Shown: positions 49,501 through 61,975 of the stretch, piece after piece
Position numbering within the stretch: position 1 is the first letter of the stretch
Layout: each line of letters starts with the position of its first letter
From: Neoechinorhynchus agilis
Lineage: Eukaryota; Animalia; Acanthocephala
Reading direction: 5' to 3'
Assembly: GCA_051530055.1 (NCBI GenBank)
Contig: CM121342.1
Span: 4,277,489-4,341,488, forward strand
Length of the DNA: 64,000 nucleotides
Program-made: the position numbers and the translations under genes
The notes under the pieces: generated by a model
What the model saw: the letters and a program-made list of their open reading frames with translations, nothing else
Database searches by the model: none
Told to the model about the DNA's origin: nothing

Positions 49501-51880
49501 TGCTCCGGAACTATTGACCGAATCGGATTTGATCGCTTTGATGGATAAAAACGGAATCGGTTAGTTCATACCTTGAACTAATTAGTGTTTCAATTACTGT
49601 AAAGGAACCGACGCAACTCACGCAGAGCATATTGAAACGATCAAAACTAGAGGATACATTATGCGTCATTGGTTTTTAAATTTATCTTCTTTTCCGGTGA
49701 TGTGATCGCTTAAAAAAAAGAAGAATTTTCACCATTCAGACAATTGGATGGTTAGAAAAAAGATGTTCCCACTTAGTTATGGGATAAAAATCTTTTTCAA
49801 AAAAAAACAAAGACGATTTTGTTAATTTTGATAGCGCTGTGATTAGACCGACCGAAAGTAGGAGGCTTTAGTCGTATTGTGTCTTTTTCTTTTTTTGTTA
49901 GTTCTTAAAATTCGCGTTTTCTCGTTTTTCCCCGAAAAAAATCAATGACGGTACATTAGTCGATTCCAAATACCTCAAACCTAGTGAACTAGGAATGGTA
50001 CTGGTGGAAGGTAAAGAGATCCGAATGAGTATTTTAGAGGAAGTTTCATGCTCTATTTTGTTCAGGCTACAACAATATGGGTTACGAATTAGCCAAACCG
50101 AAGTTAAGATCTCATCTAGAAAGTGAACTTAAATTGTAAGTCCATTTATTTTAACCAATAGATTTTTAATGGACAATGAAAACGGATACAAGGCTTAACT
50201 TCCATTTAAATTACTTATTCTTTTCAATTAATATCCCTTTTAAAATAGTTTCTATTGCTTTTAATATTAATAATCGAAACTTTTGTGGTCCTTAAACTGA
50301 TTTGTTCTCATAATTACGCTCTTCTAAGGTTTTTTTTGAAATCCTCAATTCAATCTGAATGAGTGATCGTATTTAAAAACATTTTAATCCGTCTTAAAAT
50401 GTTCTTTGTCGTCCTTGTAAAAGAATAGAAGATTCTTAAACTGATTTGTTCTCATAATTACGTCATGTTTTTTTTGAAATCCTCAATTCAATCTGAATGA
50501 GTGATCGTATTTAAAAAAACTTTTTAATCTGTCCTAAAATGTTCTTTGTCGTTCTTGTAAACAAATATAAGATTCTTAAACTGATTTGTTCTCATAATTA
50601 CGCTCTTCTAAGGTTTTTTTTGAAATCCTCAATTCAATCTGAATGAGTGATCGTATTTAAAAACTTTTTAATCTGTCCTAAAATGTTCTTTGTCGTCCTT
50701 GTAAACAAATAGAAGATTCTTAAACTGATTTGTTCTCATAATTACGCTCTTCTAAGGTTTTTTTTGAAATCCTCAGTTCAATCTGAATGAGTGATCGTAT
50801 TTAAAAACTTTTTAATCTGTCCTAAAATGTTCTTTGTCGTCCTTGTAAACAAATAGAAGATTCTTAAACTGATTTGTTCTCATAATTACGCTCTTCTAAG
50901 GTTTTTTTTGAAATCCTCAATTCAATCTGAATGAGTGATCGTATTTAAAAACTTTTTAATCCGTCTTAAAATGTTCTTTGTCGTCCTTGTAAACAAATAG
51001 AAGATTCTTAAACTGATTTGTTCTCATAATTACGCTCTTCTAAGGTTTTTTTGAAATCCTCAATTCAATCTGAATGAGTGATCGTATTTAAAAACTTTTT
51101 AATCTGTCTTAAAATTTTGTTTGTCGTTCTTGTAAACAAATAGAAGATTCTTAAACTGATTTGTTCTCATAATTACGCTCTTCTAAGGTTTTTTTTTGAA
51201 ATCCTCAATTCAATCTGAATGAGTGATCGTATTTAAAAACTTTTTAATTTTTCCATAGTCTGTGAACGGTTTCCCAATTGTCGATTCAATTTCCGGTTAC
51301 CTTCGTGTGTCCGATTGTTTGTTGTTAGCCACGAAAATATATGTGTTACAGTATACGATAATATTGCTTAGGTTTTTTTTCTCGATTACCTTTTGAATTT
51401 TAGTGTTCTCAAAAATATGGAGGAGAAGTGAAGAAAGTTCAACTTAAACTAGACCACTCACTTCAATTCTTTGGACTATCAGATACTGAGTTAGTTTTGA
51501 CGTACTCTAGAGATTAATTTCAACGTTGCTTAAAAAGGACGCTCGTTTGCGTATACTGTGATGGTAATCTCCACGCGGCACTGGATTTATCCCCAAACTC
51601 ATTCCTTGTGCCAACGACCTTCAATCAATCGCATTTCCAAAGAAATGCTGCCCATCCACTAGTTAATGATGAGAGCAGCGGGGCCGTTTGTAGATGTGGA
51701 CTACCGTGCACTCGACTACAAGTCCGGCGAGAAGGACCGAACAAAGGAAAATTCTTTTTCAAATGTACGAACAACCAATGTGATTTCTTCGAATGGAGCA
51801 GTCAGGCGCCAGAAACATCTCAGGCTACGGGAAGACGGGGAACTCGGGGAAGAAGGAGGGCGCGAAGGCAGCAGCGATGA
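46532..51880 (+). CDS. TOP3A: DNA topoisomerase III alpha, about 14 exons
   Basis: MKVLNVAEKNDAAK, TSVSGHL, WTDCDREGENIG, SYGSCQFPTLGFVV, ISYPRTET, AHPPIHPT, GIGTDATHAEHIETIK, C-terminal GRF zinc finger (CRCGLP..REGPNKGKFFFKC..CDFFEW). Confidence 0.96.
47371..47946. mobile_element. Foldback-like element with ~45-bp TIRs and internal ~172-bp-family repeats, in a TOP3A intron
   Basis: ttttagttttgccactttggggattcaaaaattcacggattta (47371) vs taaatccgtgaatttttgaatccccaaggtggcgaaactaaaa (47900). Confidence 0.65.
48881..49083. repeat. Five exact 30-bp tandem copies ending in nested palindromes, TOP3A intron
   Basis: atacacaatatcgattcctattaaaccagg x5 (48889-49038); perfect 26-bp stem 49025-49050/49058-49083. 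Confidence 0.95.
50290..51249. repeat. Tandem array, 144-bp unit, ~6.7 copies, TOP3A intron
   Basis: cttaaactgatttg recurs at 50291, 50435, 50575, 50719, 50863 and onward. Confidence 0.97.
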
Positions 51881-52124
51881 GCAAGTTTTGTATATTCCTG
51901 TTTTTGCCTAGGAATAAATTGCGGTTTATTGCTTTTTATTTAATAAATGTTTTATTGAAATTAGTTATTAGGTTTTTTTCAACAACAAGGAGATTTTTTT
52001 AGACGTGAAATCATTCACAACACCGCCTTGCCGTCGTCTCAATTTTTAGGTACGCCACACGATTTTGATCCACCTGCTTTTGGTCGTTAATTCGTCTATA
52101 TATTTATTCTTGTTGATCAATCAT

Positions 52125-54036
52125 CTAATGTCGTCTGCTGAAGTCATCATTTATCATCCGTATTTTAGAAACGATCATTTCTCTTGGTTCCGAAAGCTTC
52201 AATGGAATTTCTTCAGGAAGTTCCTGTATTTTACTTGCGATCTCTTCAACTCGTTTTTTCACAAAAGCTTATATTCAAGCAGTGCTGGTCTACGAGATTA
52301 TAAGTCCTGGTGTTTCTGTTTAGCTTATTCCTCGTTTGCCCAAAAATTTAAAGACGAATAATCCGAATACAGATTTGGAATCAGCGCGTTAAGGTGTACT
52401 AAATGAACATCATTAGTTAAAGACAGCTACATTTCTAACGTCGGAAATCGCAACTGCAGGTGAATTCAGCGTAAAAAGTTGATCTAGGAAACGTTATTTA
52501 ATTTGAAATTTATTTTTTGATATTCACAATCAAGGTAGTTTGTCTCAAAATTGAACAACGAATAACTCAAGAACCGTGATAGCTATCGCAAATCCGCATA
52601 CAGATTTCGAATCAGCGCGTTAAGGTGTACTAAATGAACATCATTAGTTAAAGACAGCTACATTTCTAACGTCGGAAATCGCAACTGCAGGTGAATTCAG
52701 CGTCAAAAGTTGATCTAGGAAACGTTATTTAATTTGAAATTTATTTTTTGATATCCACAATCAAGGTAGTTTGTCTCAAAATTGAACAACGAATAACTCA
52801 AGAACCATGATAGCTATCGTAAATCCGGAAACAGATTTCGAATCAGCACGTTAAGATGTACTAAACTAACTGACACTCTAAACTACAGCTTCAATATTCG
52901 AATCGGAAATCGCATTATCATATTTGGTAAATAGTCACAAGAGTGAAAGATCACTAAATTTGCAAGACTCATTAAAATTAGATAACTCCATTGAAATCAG
53001 CGCATTAGAAATGCTCAAAATGTTTTTGTATTTCGTAACAACTTTCGAGCACAACAGATTTAACTGAGGTGTCTTTTATGAACTTCAATCATAAAACTAA
53101 GTGTAAAAATTTAAAAAGTCACATCAAGCCGTTATTATTGCAGGTGAATTCAGCGTCAAAAGTAGATCTAGAAAAGTTAATTTGATCTTAAATTTATTGG
53201 CGTTTTAATATCAATAATCAAGGTTATTGGTCTCAAAATGTAACAACAAATAACTCAAGAACAATGACAGCTATCGCAAATCCGAACGTCAGACATTCTA
53301 GCAAAAGTTCAAAATTGCATACAGCGATAAGAAAATGTAATTTGGGTTGTCTCTTATAAGATAGAGAAAATATGTTATTATTCTTTGTTTTTGCTGTCGG
53401 TAGAGGTCGAAAATTATTAGACTATTTTAATGGGCAGAATTCTTTGTGTGATTTAACGTGAACGAAATTGTTTTTGTGCAGCTTTGTAATAGAGGCTAAC
53501 GACATTGTGCATTCCGCCATAAGAGAGAGTAAATAAACAATTGAAACCGTCGTAGTAGTTTGATTGTAAACATGGATTTTAATGTGCCTTAAAACCAAAC
53601 ATTTAGCCGAGAAAGGGAACAAACGATTTAGAATGTAAGATCTACTCTAAAATCTGGTGCATGGATTAGTAGAACTAATTGTTGTGCGAAAAGTGATTAA
53701 TGATTCGATGATGGATGATTAAAGATTTTTAGGATGATTATAGAGAATCTTAACGACATTTGAGAGATCGCGGAGAAGGGTGAACAATTCGAACTATGAT
53801 TTAAAATGACGAACCGGATTTAAATCGACTAATTTATTCCTGATATAGAAAATAAGGATTAAGCAAAAGAAGCCAATTGTGGACATGGAATTGATTCTTA
53901 TGCCGAGAATGTAATGGCACATTTACGAGCTATCGAAATTCCGTTTGAAATTATCATCAAGGAAACTGCGGTAATCTTCCTCGGGGGTTCCAGCGGGCAG
54001 AAGTTCGTGTAAGAGTTTGAATAATAAGACAAAGTT
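52125..54036 (-). CDS. Probable 3' exons of an unnamed minus-strand gene converging on TOP3A
   Basis: AG-preceded coding-like segments NFVLLFKLLHELLPAGTPEEDYRSFLDDNFKR (~54036), FELFTLLRDLSNVVKILYNHP (~53790), AFVKKRVEEIASKIQELPEEIPLKLSEPRE..* (52125-52267); joins unresolved. Confidence 0.3.
52360..52870. repeat. 231-bp tandem duplication (~2.2 copies) plus a diverged copy at ~53140-53285
   Basis: aatccg..cagattt recurs at 52360, 52591, 52822. Confidence 0.9.
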
Positions 54037-54439
54037 CTAAGCTCGCTCTTCTCAATTCTGCTGCCTCTCAATATTATGGATATCACATTTCACCTCCATT
54101 CTTTACAACATAAAAATAAATGTCGAAATTATCCGTCATTTTAATATCGGAAATTAATTCGCCAATTTAAATCTGTCCAAAGAAAGCAAAATTCTTTGTA
54201 TAAGACTTTGTAATTTCGAAAAAGGTTTAAGAAAAAAATTGAATTTAGGAATGCAATCTCGGTTTTGACAACAAAAATTTGATTTGGAAAATAAATATGT
54301 TTATCATTAAAAAATCGCGAGCGTTTCAATGAAATTTAATATTTTTTATCAATCGAAGATGTTGATTTTCCGATAATGTGTGCTTTTTGACTGTTTTCAG
54401 GCTTTTATACGATGTTTGTGTTCGTAGAAAAACCTAAAA

Positions 54440-57052
54440 CCTTGATAATATCGGGAATAAACTTTTTGACAAATTCGAGGAATGCTAAAACTCCAACCAC
54501 CGAAGACAATAATCCAAGACAATGAATTTTTGTAGAAAAAAAATGGTATTTGAGGAACATCTTAACTGTGAAGCTCGAAAATTCATTGGTATTAAAACGA
54601 TAAAAGTTTTCTTTATTTATCTGATTTACTTTGACGTTCAATTTTTTGTAGTTATTTCGGATTTGAGTAATTTATTCTCGATATTTCGTAAATTCCGACA
54701 TTTTCCCAACGATTTTCATTGTTTTCGCAGGTTTTCCGTCAAACTTTGATAATATCGAAATCATTCGATGCAAAATATCGGAAATAAATTTTTGACGAAT
54801 TCGAGGGATGCTAAAGCTCCAACCCCCGAAGACAATAATCCAAGACAATGAAGAATTTTTGTAGAAAAAAAAGGTATTTGAGGAACATCTTAACTGTGAA
54901 GCTCGAAAATTCATTGGTATTAAAACGATAAAAGTTTTCTTTATTTATCTGATTTACTTTGACGTTCAATTTTTGGTAGTTATTTCGGATTTGAGTAATT
55001 TATTCTCGATATTTCGTAAATTCCGACATTTTCCCAACGACAATTTGCGGTTTTCCGTCAAACTTTGATAATATCGAAATCATTCGATGCAAAATATCGG
55101 AAATAAACTTTTGACGAATTCGAGGGATGCTAAAACTCCAACCCCCGAAGACAATAATCCAAGACAATGAAGAATTTTTGTAGAAAAAAAATGGTATTTA
55201 AGGAACATCTTAACTGTGAAGCTCGAAAATTCATTGGTATTAAAACGATAAAAGTTTTCTTTATTTAACTGATTTACTTTGACGTTCAATTTTTGGTAGT
55301 TATTTCGGATTTGAGTAATTTATTCTCGATATTTCGTAAATTCCGACATTTTCCCAACGATTTTCATTGTTTTCGCAGGTTTTCCGTCAAATCTTGATAA
55401 TATCGGAATCATTCGATGCAAAATATCGGAAATAAATTTTTGACGAATTCGAGGGATGCTAAAGCTCCAACCACCGAAGACAATAATCCAAGACAATGAA
55501 GAATTTTTGTAGAAAAAATGGTATTTAAGGAACATCTTAACTGTGAAGCTCGAAAATTCATTGGTATTAAAACGATAAAAGTTTTCTTTATTTAACTGAT
55601 TTACTTTGACTTCAATTTTTGGTAGTTATTTCGGATTTGAGTAATTTATTCTCGATATTTCGTAAATTCCGACATTTTCCCAACGATTTTCATTGTTTTC
55701 GCAGGTTTTCCGTCAAACTTTGATAATATCGAAATCATTCGATGCAAAATATCGGAAATAAACTTTTGACGAATTCGAGGGATGCTAAAGCTCCAACCAC
55801 CGAAGACAATAATCCAAGACAATGAAGAATTTTTGTAGAAAAAAAATGGTATTTGAGGAACATCTTAACTGTGAAGCTCGAAAATTCATTGGTATTAAAA
55901 CGATAAAAGTTTTCTTTATTTAACTGATTTACTTTGACGTTCAATTTTTGGTAGTTATTTCGGATTTGAGTAATTTATTCTCGATATTTCGTAAATTCCG
56001 ACATTTTCCCAACGATTTTCATTGTTTTCGCAGGTTTTCCGTCAAACTTTGATAATATCGAAATCATTCGATGCAAAATATCGGAAATAAACTTTTGACG
56101 AATTCGAGGGATGCTAAAACTCCAACCCCCGAAGACAATAATCCAAGACAATGAAGAATTTTTGTAGAAAAAAAATGGTATTTGAGGAACATCTTAACTG
56201 TGAAGCTCGAAAATTCATTGGTATTAAAACGATAAAAGTTTTCTTTATTTATCTGATTTACTTTGACGTTCAATTTTTGGTAGTTATTTCGGATTTGAGT
56301 AATTTATTCTCGATATTTCGTAAATTCCGACATTTTCCCAACGATTTTCATTGTTTTCGCAGGTTTTCCGTCAAATCTTGATAATATCGAAATCATTCGA
56401 TGCAAAATATCGGAAATAAATTTTTGACGAATTCGAGGGATGCTAAAGCTCCAACCACCGAAGACAATAATCCAAGACAATGAAGAATTTTTGTAGAAAA
56501 AAATGGTATTTGAGGAACATCTTAACTGTGAAGCTCGAAAATTCATTGGTATTAAAACGATAAAAGTTTTCTTTATTTAACTGATTTACTTTGACGTTCA
56601 ATTTTTGGTAGTTATTTCGGATTTGAGTAATTTATTCTCGATATTTCGTAAATTCCGACATTTTCCCAACGATTTTCATTGTTTTCGCAGGTTTTCCGTC
56701 AAACTTTGATAATATCGAAATCATTCGATGCAAAATATCGGAAATAAACTTTTGACGAATTCGAGGGATGCTAAAACTCCAACCCCCGAAGACAATAATC
56801 CAAGACAATGAAGAATTTTTGTAGAAAAAAAATGGTATTTGAGGAACATCTTAACTGTGAAGCTCGAAAATTCATTGGTATTAAAACGATAAAAGTTTTC
56901 TTTATTTATCTGATTTACTTTGACGTTCAATTTTTGGTAGTTATTTCGGATTTGAGTAATTTATTCTCGATATTTCGTAAATTCCGACATTTTCCCAACG
57001 ATTTTCATTGTTTTCGCAGGTTTTCCATCAAACTTTGATGATATCGGAAATA
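54440..57052. repeat. Tandem array, ~329-bp unit, ~8 copies (same family and orientation as 5872-8420)
   Basis: Near-identical unit sequence and ORF echoes to the first array. Confidence 0.97.
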
Positions 57053-57704
57053 AATAATTTTTATTATAACTCTCAAAAAGAAGATTTTGATAATTTGCAG
57101 AAGCGATATTTTGCTAAAGATTTTATTCTTTTTTTAGGTAATCATTTGCATGCCCGTCTTCGATGGCAAATAGAATTTAACGGTAATAAAAATTCGATTA
57201 TAAAAAGTGCAATCACCGCCGTCCGCAAAATCGGAGTTTCTCTCCTTCCTTGGCTGTCGTTATCACGCCTTAAAAATACGGGGAAAATCTTTATTCTTCG
57301 TTGCATCGATCGCTGTTCGACCAACCGAATCTTTTCCATTATCGACACTCGATTCTTTCCGTGCTGTCGGATTTAGCCATCCACAGTTCAAATTTAAATA
57401 ATTTTTCTTTTGCCTAACGATTTTAATTTTTTAAATTGACTCCCTGAGGTAATTTTGTGATTATGTCAATGGTTCGATTTATTGTTGTCTTCAGTTTGCA
57501 TTGTTGGTTTCCTCATCTTTTCTTCATATCTTAGATCATTTTTGACGCTGATTGGTTGTTCAAAATTGATTTGTGTTCTTAATCAGAAATTCTTGTTTAA
57601 TATTGACCATCATTTAGTAAATTTAAAAAATGTAGAACAAAAAAATACATTTTCTAAAATAATAAAGATTCAATTTTAACTGGATTTTTTATTATTTTCA
57701 TCTC

Positions 57705-60700
57705 TTTTTCTCAGTAAACGCAAAGGCTTCTTGAATTTCCGCAATTTTATTCTCTTAAAATTGAAGGTAAAGACTAAAATCTCTCGATATTTTATTATTT
57801 TGGTCTCTTTTTCTCAAAAACGCAAAGGCTACTTGAATTTCCGCAATTTTATTCTCTTAAAATTGAAGGTAAAGACTAAAATCTCTCGATTTTTTATTCT
57901 TTTGGTCTCTTTTTCTCAAAAACCGAAAGGCTTCTTGAATTTCCGCAATTTTATTCTCTTAAAATTGAAGGTAAAGACTAAAATCTCTCGATTTTTTATT
58001 ATATTGGTCTCTTATTCTCAAAAACCGAAAGGCTACTTGAATTTCCGCAATTTTGTTCTCTTAAAATTGAAGGTAAAGACTAAAATCTCGATTTTTTATT
58101 CTTTTTGGTCTCTTATTCAAAAACTGAAAGGCTATTTCTGAAATTTCAGCAATTTTATTCTCTTAAAATTGAAGGTAAAGACTAAAATCTCTCGATTTTT
58201 TATTCTTTTGGTCTCTTATTCTCAAAAACCGAAAGGCTACTTGAATTTCTGCAATTTTGTTCTCTTAAAATTGAAGGTAAAGACTAAAATCTCTCGATTT
58301 TTTATTCTTTTGGTCTCTTATTCTCAAAAACCGAAAGGCTACTTGAATTTCAGCAATTTTATTCTCTTAAAATTGAAGGTAAAGACTAAAATCTCTCGAT
58401 TTTTTATTCTTTTGGTCTCTTTTTCTCAAAAACCGAAAGGCTACTTGAATTTCCGCAATTTTATTCTCTTAAAATTGAAGGTAAAGACTAAAATCTCTCG
58501 ATTTTTTATTATATTGGTCTCTTATTCTCAAAAACCGAAAGGCTACTTGAATTTCCGCAATTTTATTCTCTTAAAATTGAAGGTAAAGACTAAAATCTCT
58601 CGATTTTTAATTCTTTTGGTCTCTTATTCTCAAAAACCGAAAGGCTACTTGAATTTCCGCAATTTTATTCTCTTAAAATTGAAGGTAAAGACTAAAATCT
58701 CTCGATTTTTTTATTATATTGGTCTCTTTTTCTCAAAAACTGAAAGGCTACTTGAATTTCCGCAATTTTGTTCTCTTAAAATTGAAGGTAAAGACTAAAA
58801 TCTCTCGATTTTTTATTCTTTTGGTCTCTTATTCTCAAAAACCGAAAGGCTACTTGAATTTCTGCAATTTTGTTCTCTTAAAATTGAAGGTAAAGACTAA
58901 AATCTCTCGATTTTTTATTCTTTTGGTCTCTTATTCTCAAAAACCGAAAGGCTACTTGAATTTCTGCAATTTTATTCTCTTAAAATTGAAGGTAAAGACT
59001 AAAATCTCTCGATTTTTTATTCTTTTGGTCTCTTTTTCTCAGTAAACGCAAAGGCTACTTGAATTTCCGCAATTTTATTCTTAAAATTGAAGGTAAAGAC
59101 TAAAATCTCTCGATTTTTTTATTCTTTTGGTCTCTTTTCTCAAAAACCGAAAGGCTTCTTGAATTTCCGCAATTTTATTCTCTTAAAATTGAAGGTAAAG
59201 ACTAAAATCTCTCGATTTTTTTATTCTTTTGGTCTCTTTTTCCCAAAAACCGAAAGGCAACTTGAATTTCTGCAATTTTATTCTCTTAAAATTGAAGGTA
59301 AAGACTAAAATCTCTCGATTTTTTATTCTTTTGGTCTTTTTTTCTCAAAAACCGAAAGGCTACTTGAATTTCTGCAATTTTGTTCTCTTAAAATTGAAGG
59401 TAAGGACTAAAATCTCTCTCGGTTTTTTTCTTTTGGTCTCTTTTTTCTCAAAACCCGAAAGGCTACTTGAATTTCTGCAATTTTGTTCTCTTAAAATTGA
59501 AGGTAAAGACTAAAATCCCTCGATTTTTTTGGCCTTAGTCTCTTTTCTCTAAAACCGAAAGGCTACTTTAATTTCCGCAATTTTATTCTCTTAAAATTGA
59601 AGGTAAAGACTAAATCTCTCGATTTTTTATTCTTTTGGTCTTTTTTCTCAAAAAAAAACCGAGTTCGTACTTGAATTTCTGCAATTTTGTTCTCTTAAAA
59701 TTGAAGGTAAAGACTAAAATCTCTCGATTTTTTATTATTTTTGTCTCTTTTTTCCCAAAAACCGAAAGGCTACTTGAATTTCCGCAATTTTATCCTCTTA
59801 AAATTGAAGGCAAAGACTAAAATCTCTCGATTTTTTATTCTTTTGGTCTCTTTTTCCCAAAAACCGAAAGGCAACTTGAATTTCTGCAATTTTATTCTCT
59901 TAAAATTGAAGATAAAGACTAAAATCTCTCGATTTTTTATTCTTTTGGTCTCTTTTTCTCAAAAACCGAAAGGCTACTTGAATTTCTGCAATTTTATTCT
60001 CTTAAAATTGAAGGTAAAGACTAAAATCTCTCGATTTTTTTATTCTTTTGGTCTCTTATTCTCAAAAACCGAAAGGCTACTTGAATTTCCGCAATTTTAT
60101 TCGCTTAAAATTGAAGGTAAAGACTAAAATCTCTCGATTTTTTATTCTTTTGGTCTCTTATTCTCAAAAACCGAAAGGCTACTTTGAATTTCCGCAATTT
60201 TATTCTCTTAAAATTGAAGGTAAAGACTAAAATCTCTCGATTTTTTATTCTTTGGTCTCTTATTCTCAAAAACCGAAAGGCTACTTGAATTTCCGCAATT
60301 TTATTCTCTTAAAATTGAAGGTAAAGACTAAAATCTCTCGATTTTTTTATTCTTTTGGTCTCTTTTTCTCAAAAACCGAAAGGCTACTTGAATTTCTGCA
60401 ATTTTATTCTTAAAATTGAAGGTAAGGACTAAAATCTCTCGATTTTTTATTCTTTGGGTCCTTTTTCTCAAAAACCGAAAGGCTACTTGAATTTCTGCAA
60501 TTTTGTTCTTTAAATTGTTATAAAGACTAAAAATCTCTCGATTTTTTTATTCTTTTGGTCTCTTATTCTCAAAAACCGAAAGGCTACTTGAATTTCTGCA
60601 ATTTTATCCTCTTAAAATTGAAGGCAAAGACTAAAATCTCTCGATTTTTTATTATTTTGGTCTTTTTTCTCAAAAACCGAAAGGCTACTTGAATTTCTGC

Positions 60701-61641
60701 AATTTTATTCTCTTAAAATTGAAGATAAAGACTAAAATCTCTCGATTTTTTATTCTTTTGGTCTCTTATTCTCAAAAACCGAAGGGTATTTGAATTTCCA
60801 ATTTTATTCTTTAAAATTGAAGGTAAAGACTAAAATCTCTCGATTTTTATTCCTTTTGGCCCTTTTTTCTCAAAAACCGAAAGGCTACTTGAATTTCTGC
60901 AATTTTATTCTCTTAAAATTGAAGGTAAGGACTAAAATCTCTCGATTTTTTATTCTTTTGGTCTCTTTTTCTCAAAAACCGAAAGGCTACTTGAATTTCT
61001 GCAATTTTGTTCTCTTAAAATTGAAGGTAAAGACTAAAATCTCTCGATTTTTTTATTCTTTTGGTCTCTTTTTTCTAAAAAACCGAAAGGCTACTTGAAT
61101 TTCTGCAATTTTGTTCTCTTAAAATTGAAGGTAAAGACTAAAATCCCTCGATTTTTTTATTCTTTTGGTCTCTTTTTTCTAAAAAACCGAAAGGCTACTT
61201 TAATTTCTGCAATTTTGTTCTCTTAAAATTGAAGGTAAAGACTAAAATCTCTCGATTTTTAATTCTTTTGGTCTCTTTTTCTCAAAAACCGAAAGGCTAC
61301 TTGAATTTCTGCAATTTTATTCTCTTAAAATTGAAGGTAAATACTAAAATCTCTCGATTTTTTATTCTTTTGGTCTCTTTTTCTCAAAAACCGAAAGGCT
61401 ACTTTTGAATTTCTGCAATTTTATTCTCTTAAAATTGAAGGTAAAGACTAAAATCTCTCGATTTTTTATTCTTTTGGTCTCTTTTTCTCAAAAACCGAAA
61501 GGCTACTTGAATTTCTGCAATTTTATTCTCTTAAAATTGAAGGTAAAGACTAAAATCTCTCGATTTTTTATTCTTTTGGTCTCTTATTCTCAAAAACCGA
61601 AAGGCTACTTTAATTTCCGCAATTTTATTCTCTTAAAATTG
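57705..61641. repeat. Tandem array, 102-bp unit, ~38 copies
   Basis: Unit ttgaatttccgcaattttattctcttaaaattgaaggtaaagactaaaatctctcg...ccgaaaggctac. Confidence 0.97.
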
Positions 61642-61975
61642 GCCCTCCCAAGGCCGTTTCCACACGGAAGGGGACAAAATGGTAGTCTCGGATTAGCTCC
61701 CTGTATTACGAGCATTTCCGATCCTCTGGCGCCGTCACCGCTCCCCCTGGACCTTTTTTTGGAGTGGCTGATGTTGGAATCCCACAACTCCAGTCGCCGC
61801 GTTGATTCGTTTCCCCAAGTCCTTCAGGAGGGCCATGGCCGACCTTCCTAAGGCCGTTTCCACACCGAAGGGGACAAAATGGTAATTTCGGATTAGCTCC
61901 CTGTATTTCGAGAATTTCCGCTCCTCCTGGACCTTTTTTTGGAGTGGCTGATGTTGGATTTTTCCAACGTGTCCA
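61642..61975 (-). mobile_element. Tandemly duplicated (200-bp period) CRE-like RLE retroelement relic abutting the 102-bp array
   Basis: ERKFSKYRELIRNYHFVPFGVETALGRSAMALLKDLGKRINAATG; second copy EDRKCS*YRELIRDYHFVPFRVETALG. Confidence 0.7.

Noticed and set aside
57731-61641. Long ORFs with a 34-aa repeat (NFRNFILLKLKVKTKISRFF..)
   Set aside because: The 102-bp unit is a multiple of 3 and frequent 1-bp indels break frame; a by-product of the satellite.
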